Origin: Candidatus Portiera aleyrodidarum
GTDB taxonomy: Bacteria > Pseudomonadota > Gammaproteobacteria > Johnevansiales > Johnevansiaceae
Length of the DNA stretch: 32,000 nucleotides
Direction: 5' to 3'
Assembly: GCF_000953395.1 (NCBI RefSeq)
Contig: NZ_LN649236.1
Location: forward strand, 240,001-272,000
In this document: positions 19,912-30,441 of the stretch, in pieces
Position numbering within the stretch: the stretch's first letter is position 1
Layout: every line of letters starts with the position of its first letter
Notes under the pieces: model-generated
The model's input: the letters and a program-made list of their open reading frames with translations, nothing else
Told to the model about the DNA's origin: nothing
Database searches by the model: none
Position numbers and translations under genes: made by a program

Positions 19912-22592
19912 CAATTATAAATGTAGATAATAAAGATTATGAAATAAAAAATAATTATCAAAATTTATTAGAAATATGTTTATCTTTTGGTATTGATATA
20001 CCTTATTTTTGTTGGCATCCAATATTAGGCAGTGTAGGGTCTTGTAGGCAATGTATAATTAAAAGATACAATAATAGAGATGATACAATAGGACATCTTA
20101 TTATATCATGTATGACAAAAGTAAAAAACTATGACTGGATATCTACCACAGATAAAGAATCTTTAAATTGTCGTTCTAAAATAATTGAATTAATGATGAT
20201 TAATCATCCTCATGATTGTCCTGTATGTGAAGAAGGTGGACAATGTCATCTTCAAGATATGACAGTTATGTTAAAACATAATATTAGAAGATATACATTT
20301 TATAAAAGAACTCATAAAAACCAATATTTAGGACCTTTTATAAATCATGAAATGAATAGATGTATTACTTGTTATCGTTGTATAAGATTTTATAAAGATT
20401 ATGCTGGTGGTAAAGATTTAGGAGTTTTTGGTAGTAGTAATAATATATATTTTGGTAGACTTATTAATGGTAAATTAGAAAATGAATTTTCTGGAAATTT
20501 AATAGAAATATGTCCAACAGGGGTATTTACAGATAAACCAAATTCTATGCATTATGCACGTAAATGGGATTTACAATATGCTCCAAGTATTTGTAATGGA
20601 TGTTCTTGTGGTTGTAATATTAATATAGGAGAACGTTATGGTAAAATTCGTAAAATAGAAAATCGTTATAATAGTAAAATTAATAATTATTTTATATGTG
20701 ATAGAGGACGTTTTGGTTATGGTTATATAAATAGTGAAAATCGTAATCGTATACCTTATATTAATAATAATCCTATTAAATCAATAGATATAGCTATTGA
20801 TTATAGTGCTGATATGTTAAATACCGCTAATAGAATTATTGGTATAGGATCCCCAAAAGCTAGTATTGAAAGTAATTTTGCATTATCCAATTTAGTTGGA
20901 ACCAACAATTTTTCTAATGGTATTGAAAAAAATGAAGTAGAGTGTCTACAAGTCATTTTAGATGTTTTATATAAAGGTGCTTTACCTTATTCTTCAATAA
21001 TTGATATTGAATATCATGATATAATAATTATCTTAGGTGAAGATATTACTCAAATTTCAGCAAGACTTGCCTTATCAGTACGTCAAGCTGCTAAAAGAGG
21101 TTCTTTTAATATTGCAAAAAAATATAAAATTTATTCATGGGATATTAATTCTGTTAATAATATTTCTAATGGATATAAAAATCCTATATATATTTTTACA
21201 ACAAATAAAACAAATTTAGATGATATAGCTTATGAAAAAGTTCTATGTACAAAAGAAGAAATTACAACATTAGGATTTGCTATAGCTAATTTTATAGATC
21301 CTACATCACCCAAAAGAATTTTAAAATCATTTAATAATAAACAAATTTTATTAAAAATTTTAAATCAATTACGTTGTTCAAAAAGACCATTAATTATTAG
21401 TGGTTGTTCACTTAAAAATTCTTTAATTTTAAAATCTGCTTATAATATATCTCGTGCATTTAACTTTTTAGAAAAACAAGGTTCTATAATTTTAACTAGT
21501 AATGAATCGAATAGTATTGGAGTTACTATGTTAGGAGGTAAATCATTAAATTGGGCAATAAATAAACTAATTAACAATAAAGCAGATGCAGTAATAATAT
21601 TAGAAAATAATATTTATCGTCGTATTAAATCATCTTTAGTTTCTTATGCATTAAAAAATAAAAAAATTATTTGGATTGATTATCAAAGAAATCTAACATT
21701 GGAGAATGCTAATGTTATTTTACCTGCAGCAACTAGTGCAGAAGGTAATGGGACATTAATCAATTATGAAGGTAGAGCACAAAGATTTTTTAAAGTTTAT
21801 GAACCAAGTTATTATCGTACAGGAGATTTAACCAACGAAAGTTGGAGATGGTTACATGCATTAAATATAGCAAAAAACCATTGTAATTTAGAATGGTTAC
21901 ATTTAAATGATGTAATAAAGGTATGTTCTAAATATAATCCTATTTTTAAAAATATATTAAAATTATCACAATTTCAAATAAAATTATCACGTTTACCTCA
22001 CCGATTTAGCGGACGTACAGCTAGTAATTCTAATATTCAAATACATGAACCAACAAGTCCTAAAGATATTGATTCAAAATTTCAATTTTCAACCGAAGGT
22101 TATAATTGTTCTGAAATCTCATTTGCTTGGTATCCTGGATGGAATTCGCCTCAAGCATGGAATAAATTTCAAAATGAAGTTGGTGGAAATTTATATGCAG
22201 GGAATCCAGGAATTAGGTTAATAAATAATTGTAATAAGAAAGAAGAATTATCATATTATAATATAAAATCTGAAAAAAAAAATAAACTTTGGCAAGTTAT
22301 ACCAATATATCATCTACTAGGTAGTGAAGAAAACAGTGCATTAACTATTTCTATAAAAAAATGTACTACAAAGCCTTATATCATGATAAGTAAAAATGAT
22401 ATAAATTTGCTAAAATTAATTCCAGGATCTAAAATTAAAGCAAGTATTAATAACATTGAATTAAATATTATAATTAAAAGCACTAATAATATGCGTAATG
22501 GTATGATAGGTTTGCCGTGTGGTATTAATGGGATACCATTAGACATTTTTGGTATGTGTGTTAATTTTATAATAAAAAAATTTAAAATATGA
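19908..22592 (+). CDS. nuoG: NADH-quinone oxidoreductase subunit G
   Basis: 894 aa. N-terminal 2Fe-2[49 protein letters not shown], followed by a molybdopterin-oxidoreductase-like C-terminal two thirds. Confidence 0.95.
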   Translation: MTIINVDNKDYEIKNNYQNLLEICLSFGIDIPYFCWHPILGSVGSCRQCIIKRYNNRDDTIGHLIISCMTKVKNYDWISTTDKESLNCRSKIIELMMINHPHDCPVCEEGGQCHLQDMTVMLKHNIRRYTFYKRTHKNQYLGPFINHEMNRCITCYRCIRFYKDYAGGKDLGVFGSSNNIYFGRLINGKLENEFSGNLIEICPTGVFTDKPNSMHYARKWDLQYAPSICNGCSCGCNINIGERYGKIRKIENRYNSKINNYFICDRGRFGYGYINSENRNRIPYINNNPIKSIDIAIDYSADMLNTANRIIGIGSPKASIESNFALSNLVGTNNFSNGIEKNEVECLQVILDVLYKGALPYSSIIDIEYHDIIIILGEDITQISARLALSVRQAAKRGSFNIAKKYKIYSWDINSVNNISNGYKNPIYIFTTNKTNLDDIAYEKVLCTKEEITTLGFAIANFIDPTSPKRILKSFNNKQILLKILNQLRCSKRPLIISGCSLKNSLILKSAYNISRAFNFLEKQGSIILTSNESNSIGVTMLGGKSLNWAINKLINNKADAVIILENNIYRRIKSSLVSYALKNKKIIWIDYQRNLTLENANVILPAATSAEGNGTLINYEGRAQRFFKVYEPSYYRTGDLTNESWRWLHALNIAKNHCNLEWLHLNDVIKVCSKYNPIFKNILKLSQFQIKLSRLPHRFSGRTASNSNIQIHEPTSPKDIDSKFQFSTEGYNCSEISFAWYPGWNSPQAWNKFQNEVGGNLYAGNPGIRLINNCNKKEELSYYNIKSEKKNKLWQVIPIYHLLGSEENSALTISIKKCTTKPYIMISKNDINLLKLIPGSKIKASINNIELNIIIKSTNNMRNGMIGLPCGINGIPLDIFGMCVNFIIKKFKI

Positions 22593-23530
22593 ACAATATA
22601 ATAAACAATATTATATTTATAGTTTTTATATTTATAAGTGGAGCTTTTATGAGTTTTATAGAACGTAGGGCTTTGGGTTTATGGCAAGATAGATATGGTC
22701 CTAATAGAGTTGGATATTTTGGATTATTACAATTTATAGCTGATGTTATTAAAATTATATTTAAAGAAGATTGGATTCCACCCTTTTCAGATAAGAAATT
22801 ATTTTGTTTATCACCTATTATATCTTTACTTACAATAAGTTTGTCTTTTATTATATTACCAATTAATAATGAAACGGATTTAAATAATGTTGGAATATTA
22901 TTTTTTTTAGCTATGGCTGGTATTAATGTATATTCAATTCTGTTTGCTGGATATTCAAGTTGTAATAAATATGCTTTAATAGGGGCGATTAGAGCTTCAG
23001 CTCAATCAATTTCTTATGAGGTATTTATAGGTCTTTCTTTAATGGGTATAGTTTCTATGTCTGGATCATTTAATATAATAAATATTATTGAATATCAAAA
23101 TTATCATTGCTGGTTTTTAATATCTCAAATAATAGGATTTATTACTTTTTTTATTTCTGGAATAGCTGTAACACATAGACATCCTTTTGATCAACCCGAA
23201 TCAGAACAAGAATTAGCTGATGGTTATCATATAGAATATTCAGGAATGAAATGGGGTATGTTTTTTATTAGCGAATATGTTAATATTATTTTTATTTCTA
23301 TTTTAATTGTAAATTTATTTTTTTGTGGGTATATTGGTTCAAGTTTACCTTTATTAGTTTTGTTTATTATTAAAATATTATTTTTTATTATATTATTTAT
23401 TATTATTCGTGCTTCTATACCAAGACCAAAATATTATCAAGTAATGAAAGTTGGTTGGAAATATTGTTTACCTTTAAATTTAATAAATTTACTATTAACA
23501 GGTAGTATAATTTTATATTATAATACATAA
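22589..23530 (+). CDS. nuoH: NADH-quinone oxidoreductase subunit H
   Basis: 313 aa polytopic. [18 protein letters not shown] and [28 protein letters not shown] (E. coli [24 protein letters not shown]). Confidence 0.95.
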   Translation: MNNIINNIIFIVFIFISGAFMSFIERRALGLWQDRYGPNRVGYFGLLQFIADVIKIIFKEDWIPPFSDKKLFCLSPIISLLTISLSFIILPINNETDLNNVGILFFLAMAGINVYSILFAGYSSCNKYALIGAIRASAQSISYEVFIGLSLMGIVSMSGSFNIINIIEYQNYHCWFLISQIIGFITFFISGIAVTHRHPFDQPESEQELADGYHIEYSGMKWGMFFISEYVNIIFISILIVNLFFCGYIGSSLPLLVLFIIKILFFIILFIIIRASIPRPKYYQVMKVGWKYCLPLNLINLLLTGSIILYYNT

Positions 23531-23531
23531 T

Positions 23532-24065
23532 ATGATAAGAAAATTAATAACTTCAATATTTAGTATTTTTCGTACTATTTATATAATAGTTTTACATTCA
23601 TTTAAAAAAAGAGTAACATTACAATATCCAGAAGAATCTGTATATTTATCACCACGTTATAGAGGTCGTATTGTATTAACTAGAGATAATAAAGGTAAAG
23701 AACGTTGCGTTGCTTGTAATCTTTGTGCTGTAGTATGTCCTGTTGATTGTATATGTTTACAAAAAGGTGAACGTCAAGATGGAATTTGGTATCCTTTATT
23801 TTTTAGAATTAATTTTTCACGTTGTATTTTTTGTGGATTATGTGAAGAAGCTTGTCCAACTTCAGCAATTCAATTAACACCTGATTTTGAGTTAGGAGAA
23901 TATAAACGTCAAGATTTAGTTTTTGAAAAAGAAGATTTATTAATTTCTGGTACAGGAAAAGATCATTATTATAATTTCTATGAAATTACAGGAATATCTA
24001 TTATTGGTAAAGGATTTGGTAAAAAAGAAAAAAAACCAATGAATGTAAAATCATTATTACCATAA
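23532..24065 (+). CDS. nuoI: NADH-quinone oxidoreductase subunit I
   Basis: 177 aa. Two ferredoxin-type 4Fe-4S motifs, [12 protein letters not shown] and [12 protein letters not shown]. Confidence 0.96.
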   Translation: MIRKLITSIFSIFRTIYIIVLHSFKKRVTLQYPEESVYLSPRYRGRIVLTRDNKGKERCVACNLCAVVCPVDCICLQKGERQDGIWYPLFFRINFSRCIFCGLCEEACPTSAIQLTPDFELGEYKRQDLVFEKEDLLISGTGKDHYYNFYEITGISIIGKGFGKKEKKPMNVKSLLP

Positions 24066-24077
24066 AAAGGTTTATTT

Positions 24078-24554
24078 GTGTTATTTTATATTTCAGCAAC
24101 AATTGCAATATTTTCAACATTAAACGTTATTCTTAGTAAAAATATTATACATGCTTTATTAAATTTTATTATATCATTGATTTCAATATCAATGATATTT
24201 TTTTTAATTGGAGCAAATTTTGCTGGAGTGTTAGAAATTATAATTTATGCTGGTGCAATAATGGTATTATTTGTATTTGTTGTAATGATGTTACTTAATC
24301 CTATTAATAAAACTTTAAGTTTTATTAAATTAAAAATTTGGATAATTCCATCTATTATGACAATAACGTTATTAGGTTTATTATTAATAAAATATGGCTT
24401 AAATAATCGTAATATCTTATTAGTTAGTAATATACCACATACTCCACATCATTTAAGTGTTTTATTATTTACCACTTATTTAATTACTGTAGAAATATCA
24501 GCTATAATATTATTAACAGCTTTAATTGTTGCTTCTTATTTAGGACGTAAATAA
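24078..24554 (+). CDS. nuoJ: NADH-quinone oxidoreductase subunit J
   Basis: 158 aa with a GTG start. FAGVLEIIIYAGAIMVLFVFVVMML ~ E. coli FAGALEIIVYAGAIMVLFVFVVMML. Confidence 0.9.
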   Translation: MLFYISATIAIFSTLNVILSKNIIHALLNFIISLISISMIFFLIGANFAGVLEIIIYAGAIMVLFVFVVMMLLNPINKTLSFIKLKIWIIPSIMTITLLGLLLIKYGLNNRNILLVSNIPHTPHHLSVLLFTTYLITVEISAIILLTALIVASYLGRK

Positions 24555-24862
24555 TGATTTTAATTCCAATAGATCATGTTTTAATATTATCTTTTATTTT
24601 ATTTTTAATAGGTATATTAGGAATATTAATTCGTCGTAATATAATTTTTATATTTATTTGTTTAGAAATAATGTTAAATTCTGCAGCTTTGGTGTTTGTT
24701 ATATCTGGAGAATTTTGGGGCCAGCCAGATGGTCAAATTATGTTTCTTTTAATTATGACTTTAGCTGCAGCTGAAATAAGTATTGGGTTAGCTTTATTAA
24801 TTCAATTACAAAAATATTTTAAAAGTTTTGATATAGATATAATTAGTAGGTTAAAAGGATGA
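24554..24862 (+). CDS. nuoK: NADH-quinone oxidoreductase subunit K
   Basis: 102 aa, three TM. Conserved membrane glutamates in CLEIMLNS and LAAAEISIGLALL. Confidence 0.92.
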   Translation: MILIPIDHVLILSFILFLIGILGILIRRNIIFIFICLEIMLNSAALVFVISGEFWGQPDGQIMFLLIMTLAAAEISIGLALLIQLQKYFKSFDIDIISRLKG

Positions 24863-26754
24863 ATAATATATTATTTTTTATTTGTTTATTTCCTTTAATT
24901 AGTACAATATTACTAGCTATATTTAGATATATGTCAATAATATTAGTAATTATTATTGGTGTTGGATCAATAGTATTATCTACAATATTTACAATTTTAA
25001 TAGCAATTAATTATTATTTAAAACCTAATCCTTTTTTAGAACATATATATAATTGGATTAGTATATATGATTTAAAAATTAATTTTAATTTTTATATTGA
25101 TGGTTTATCAATAAGTATGATTTGTATAGTAAATGGAATAGGATTATTAATTCATTTATTTTCTACTTGGTATATGTATGAAACTTTAAAATATAATAAA
25201 GATTATTTATTGTCTAGATTTTTTATGTATATGAATTTATTTATGTTTAATATGTTGATATTAATATTAGGAGATAATTTAATATTAGTATTATTAGGGT
25301 GGGAAGGTGTAGGATTATGTTCATATTTATTAATTAGTTATTATTATCGTGTCAATAATAATGTGATTTCTGGGTTTAAAGCTTTTATTACTACAAGAAT
25401 AGGAGATTTATTTTTTGCAATAGGTATATTTTTAATATGGAATCAATTTAATACTTTAGATATTCAAAAATTATTAAATAAAGTATCTATATTAAATAAT
25501 AGTAATTATTTTATATATGAAATTATTGCTTTTATGTTTTTGCTTGGAGCAATAAGTAAATCAGCACAAATACCATTACACACTTGGTTAATTGATGCTA
25601 TGGCAGGACCTACTCCAGTTTCAGCCTTAATTCATGCAGCAACTATGATAACATCAGGGGTATATTTAATCATTAGAACACATATATTATTTGAAATAGC
25701 ACCAATAACAATTAATACAATTGGTATTATTGGAACAATTACTTTATTATTAGCAGGTATATCTGCGTTAACTCAAAACAATATTAAACGTATTTTGGCT
25801 TGTTCAACACTAAGCCAAGTAGGTTATATGTTTTTAGCTATAGGAATTAAAGCATGGCATGCTGCTATAGTTCATGTAATGATTCATGCTTTTTTTAAAG
25901 CTTTATTATTTATATCAGCTGGTTCTTTAATAATTAGTTGTGAACATGAACAAAATATTTTTAAAATTAGATCAATAGTTTTATCATTATCTAAAAAGAT
26001 AAGAATAAAATATTATTTTGGTTTTATTATAGGTGGTTCAGCTTTATCAGCATTACCACTTATTACAGCTGGTTTTTATTCTAAAGAAACAATTATTTGG
26101 TTATCTTTTATTCGTGGTAATAACATCTTTGGGATATTAGGTTTAGTTGGTGCTTTTATAACATCTATTTATACATTTCGTACTATATTTATTATATTTA
26201 ATAAAAATATTAATAAGTTTATTATTTATTTGAATAACAAAAAAAAATTAATATATAATGTATCACATAATTTACCTTTATTAATATTATTAATATTATC
26301 TACTTATTTAGGTTCTTTAATAAAAATACCTATGCAAAATGAATTAAAAATGTATAATATATTTAATAATAATATAGAAATTCTATTGAATATAATTTCT
26401 TCACTAATTGTCATTTTTGGTATTATTATAGCTGCTAAACTATTTTTATTTTCTAATATTTATTATATTGATATAATTGAATTTATTTTAGGAAAATTAG
26501 TTCGAAATATAATATATAATATTGGAGGTTTTGATTGGTTATATATTAATTTATTAATTAAACCTTATTTATATTTAGTTAGGATAAATAAATTTGATTG
26601 TATTAATTTAATAATTAATAATATTATTAAATTAATTTTATTTTTTAATACTTTAATGATAAAAATACATAATGGTAAATTAAGTTTTTATTTAACAATC
26701 TTTATTGTTGGTATTATTATTATAACTACATTCTTAATGAGTAATATATTATGA
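24859..26754 (+). CDS. nuoL: NADH-quinone oxidoreductase subunit L
   Basis: 631 aa antiporter-like subunit. LLGWEGVGLCSYLLI, SAQIPLHTWLIDAMAGPTPVSALIHAATMITSGVYL. Long C-terminal extension with terminal TM segments. Confidence 0.94.
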   Translation: MNNILFFICLFPLISTILLAIFRYMSIILVIIIGVGSIVLSTIFTILIAINYYLKPNPFLEHIYNWISIYDLKINFNFYIDGLSISMICIVNGIGLLIHLFSTWYMYETLKYNKDYLLSRFFMYMNLFMFNMLILILGDNLILVLLGWEGVGLCSYLLISYYYRVNNNVISGFKAFITTRIGDLFFAIGIFLIWNQFNTLDIQKLLNKVSILNNSNYFIYEIIAFMFLLGAISKSAQIPLHTWLIDAMAGPTPVSALIHAATMITSGVYLIIRTHILFEIAPITINTIGIIGTITLLLAGISALTQNNIKRILACSTLSQVGYMFLAIGIKAWHAAIVHVMIHAFFKALLFISAGSLIISCEHEQNIFKIRSIVLSLSKKIRIKYYFGFIIGGSALSALPLITAGFYSKETIIWLSFIRGNNIFGILGLVGAFITSIYTFRTIFIIFNKNINKFIIYLNNKKKLIYNVSHNLPLLILLILSTYLGSLIKIPMQNELKMYNIFNNNIEILLNIISSLIVIFGIIIAAKLFLFSNIYYIDIIEFILGKLVRNIIYNIGGFDWLYINLLIKPYLYLVRINKFDCINLIINNIIKLILFFNTLMIKIHNGKLSFYLTIFIVGIIIITTFLMSNIL

Positions 26755-28226
26755 TATTGTTATGGTTTTTATTAATACCTTTTATCGGTGGATTATTATC
26801 TTTAATTTTGGAAAAAATAAATATAAAATATACACGTATTTCCGCTCTTATTACTATGATAATACTGTTATTTTTATCAATATATTTATATTATTTAAAT
26901 ATAAATACAAAAAATATATGGATAGTAAAATACCGGACAATATGGATTGATAGATTTAGTATTTATATTAATTTAGCATTAGATGGTATATCTTTAATGA
27001 TGGTATTATTAACTGTATTTTTAGGTTTATTATCAGTCATTTGTTCTTTTAAAGAAATTAATAAATGTATTGGATTATTTTATTTTAATTTATTATGGAT
27101 AATAGGTTCAATTATTGGTGTATTTCTTGCAATGGATCTTTTTTTATTTTTATTTTTTTGGGAAATAATGATATTTCCAATGTATTTTATAATATATATG
27201 TGGGGAAATGCATATAAAGAAAAAATAGCTATTAAATTTTTTATTTATACTCAAATTTCTGGGTTATTATTATTAATAACAATATTAACTTTAGTAGTTA
27301 GTAACTATTATGTAACTGGACAAGTTATTTTTGATTATCAATCATTATTAAATACCCCAATAGGAGATAAATTAGGTTTTATATTAATGTTAGGTTTTTT
27401 TATTTCTTTCGCAATCAAATTACCAATAATCCCCTTACATAATTGGTTACCAGATGTTATGGATAAAAATCCTAAATCTGGTAGTTTAGATTTAATAGGT
27501 ATATTGATAAAAACAGCTGCTTATGGATTATTAAGATTTAATTTAGGTTTATTTCCTAAACAATCAATTATATTTGCACCTTATGCAATGATAATTGGTA
27601 TTATTAGTATATATTATGGTGCAAGTTTGGCTTTATCTCAAATAAATATTAAAAGATTAATGGCTTATTCTAGCATATCACATATGGGATATTTATTAAT
27701 AGCTATTTTTTCAAGTAATATTTTATCATTACAAGGAGCTATTATGTTTGTAATATCAAATACATTATCTTCGGCAGGATTAATAATAATTAGTGGATTA
27801 CTTTATGAACGATTAAATACATTTGATATACGTTTTATGGGAGGATTATTTGGTAAATTAGGAGCAATTCCCGGTTTTGCATTAGCCTTAACAGTAGCGT
27901 CATTAGGAATACCAGGAACAGGAAATTTTATAGGGGAATTTTTAATTTTATTAGGTAATTTTAAATTATATCCAATACTAACTATAGTTTCTAGTTTAGG
28001 TTTAATATTAACAGCTATATATTCATTAAACTTAATACATAAAGTATTTTATGGAAAAACAACAAATAAAAAGATTAAAAATATATTTTTAACTTTAAAT
28101 GAAGTAAATATATTAAGTATAATATTATTATTAATATTTCTTATTGGTTTTTATCCACAAATAATATTTGATATATCAATTAAATCTATAACCAAAATTG
28201 CACAAAAAACAATGTTTTTTTATTAA
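26751..28226 (+). CDS. nuoM: NADH-quinone oxidoreductase subunit M
   Basis: 491 aa. [34 protein letters not shown] ~ E. coli [34 protein letters not shown]. Confidence 0.94.
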   Translation: [491 protein letters not shown]

Positions 28227-28229
28227 AAA

Positions 28230-29621
28230 ATGATTAATAATTTACAAATATTACCTATTATTTTTTTATTTATAACCTTAATAATATTAATTATTACTAT
28301 ATCATTTTATCGTAAGAATTTTATTATATTGCTAATTACTATAATAGGATTATTAATATCATTATTATCTATTTTATGGATATATAATAAACCTACTTTA
28401 ATTTATCCATTAATAATAATAGATAATTATTCATTATATTATACTTTTTTAATTTTAATATCAGCTTTATATTGTTCGATTTTTTCTTATACATATTTAA
28501 ATAAAAATGAAGAATTTTATATGTTATTAATATGTTCAACTATTGGAGCTATATTATTAGTTTTTAGTATGCATATGGCTACTTTATTTATTGGATTAGA
28601 ATTAATGTCTATAGCTTTATATGGTTTAATAGTTTATTTACGTAATGATTTAAAAGCTTTGGAATCAGGAATAAAATATATGGTACTTTCTTCTATGGCA
28701 TCTTGTTTTTTATTATTTGGTATGGCTTTATTATATTTTTATTATGGAAATTTAACGTTTACTAATTATTATTTTATTATAGATAATAATATTGCAATAT
28801 GGACAATAATAGGAATTGTATTAATAATAATTAGTTTAGGATTTAAATTATCTATTATACCTTTTCATATGTATACACCAGATATTTATGAAGGATCAAT
28901 AGCCCCAATTACAGCTTTTATAGCTACTGTTAGTAAAATTTCAGTATTTGTAGCATTAATACGTTTGTTATTGATATTACCCAATTTAAATAAAATTTGG
29001 ACTAATGTAATTACTATAATTTCTATTATTACAATAATATTTGGTAATATTTTAGCACTTAAACAAAATAATTTAAAACGTATATTAGGTTATTCATCAA
29101 TAGCTAATTTGGGTTATTTACTTACAGTAATCATAGCAATGCAAATGCATCATAGTAAATTTATACTTGAAACAATAAATATTTACTTATTAACTTATAC
29201 TTTAACAACTTTAGGTATATTTGGTATTATAAGTATAATAAATAATGAAAAGGAAAATTTATCTTATTATAAAGGTTTATTTTGGATTAAACCCGATTTA
29301 ACTATTATATTAACTATAATGTTATTATCTTTAGCAGGTATTCCTATAACAGCAGGGTTTATAGGTAAAGTTTATATACTTTTAACTGCAATAACTTATC
29401 AATTATGGTTTATACTTCTCTCTATAATTTTAGGTAATTCTATAGGAATTTATTATTATTTAAGAATAATTACATATTTATATATGAATATAAATAATAA
29501 AAAAATTATTTATAATAAACAATCTTTTGTTTATTATTTTGTTATATCTTTATCATTAATAATATTAGTATTTGGAATTTTTCCACAAACTTTAATATCT
29601 TTAATAAGAAGAATTAGTTAA
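28230..29621 (+). CDS. nuoN: NADH-quinone oxidoreductase subunit N
   Basis: 463 aa. KLSIIPFHMYTPDIYEGSIAPITAFIATVSKI ~ E. coli [32 protein letters not shown]. Last gene of the nuo run. Confidence 0.92.
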   Translation: MINNLQILPIIFLFITLIILIITISFYRKNFIILLITIIGLLISLLSILWIYNKPTLIYPLIIIDNYSLYYTFLILISALYCSIFSYTYLNKNEEFYMLLICSTIGAILLVFSMHMATLFIGLELMSIALYGLIVYLRNDLKALESGIKYMVLSSMASCFLLFGMALLYFYYGNLTFTNYYFIIDNNIAIWTIIGIVLIIISLGFKLSIIPFHMYTPDIYEGSIAPITAFIATVSKISVFVALIRLLLILPNLNKIWTNVITIISIITIIFGNILALKQNNLKRILGYSSIANLGYLLTVIIAMQMHHSKFILETINIYLLTYTLTTLGIFGIISIINNEKENLSYYKGLFWIKPDLTIILTIMLLSLAGIPITAGFIGKVYILLTAITYQLWFILLSIILGNSIGIYYYLRIITYLYMNINNKKIIYNKQSFVYYFVISLSLIILVFGIFPQTLISLIRRIS

Positions 29622-30441
29622 ATACCTCTATACTACCATCAAATACTTTTTTAACATATCCACTCATATATAAAGAATTATATAATCCTCCTAACCAATT
29701 AATTTTTAAATTACCTCCTGGTAATATTACTTTAATACTTTTGTTTCTATTTAAATAACCAAGTTTTATACCAAAAGATACAGCTGCACAAGCACCTGTT
29801 CCACAAGCCATTGTTTCTCCTCCTACCCCTCTTTCAAATACACGTAATTTTATTAAAGAAGGAGATATTATTTGCATAAAACCAACATTTAGTTTTTCTG
29901 TAATAAATAAATTATTTTCAATAAAATTTCCTAATATATTTATAGGTATTGTATTTATATTAGATACTATTAATACTGCATGTGGGTTACCAATACTTAC
30001 TATAAATAAATCAATTAATTTAAATTGAGATATCGGAGTTTTTATTTTTTTAAAACCTTTTATTAAAGGTTTGCCAAAATTTACACTAATTAAATTATTA
30101 TTATTAATATTAATATATAATATTAAATGTCCTCCATAAGTTTCTACATGGATGATTGTTTTATTTGTTAATCTTTTGTCAAATAAAAATTTAGCTAAAC
30201 ATCTTGCACCATTACCACAATTTTCTACTTCACTACCATTTGCATTAAATATTCTATAAAAAAAATCAAAGTGATGATTATTATGTATTTCAACTAAAAG
30301 TAATTGATCAAAACCAACTCCTAAATTTCTATTTGATAAATATTTTATAATTGTTTTATTTAATAAAAAATATTGATTAATAAAATCAATTATCATAAAA
30401 TCATTTCCTAAACCTTGCAAATTACTAAAATAAATTAACAT
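29614..30441 (-). CDS. dapF: Diaminopimelate epimerase
   Basis: 275 aa. GLGNDFMIIDF, GVGFDQLLLVE, and both catalytic cysteine blocks NCGNGARC and ACGTGACAA. Tail YMSGYVKKVFDGSIEV ~ E. coli YMTGPAVHVYDGFIHL. Confidence 0.94.
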   Translation of the reverse strand: MLIYFSNLQGLGNDFMIIDFINQYFLLNKTIIKYLSNRNLGVGFDQLLLVEIHNNHHFDFFYRIFNANGSEVENCGNGARCLAKFLFDKRLTNKTIIHVETYGGHLILYININNNNLISVNFGKPLIKGFKKIKTPISQFKLIDLFIVSIGNPHAVLIVSNINTIPINILGNFIENNLFITEKLNVGFMQIISPSLIKLRVFERGVGGETMACGTGACAAVSFGIKLGYLNRNKSIKVILPGGNLKINWLGGLYNSLYMSGYVKKVFDGSIEVFN

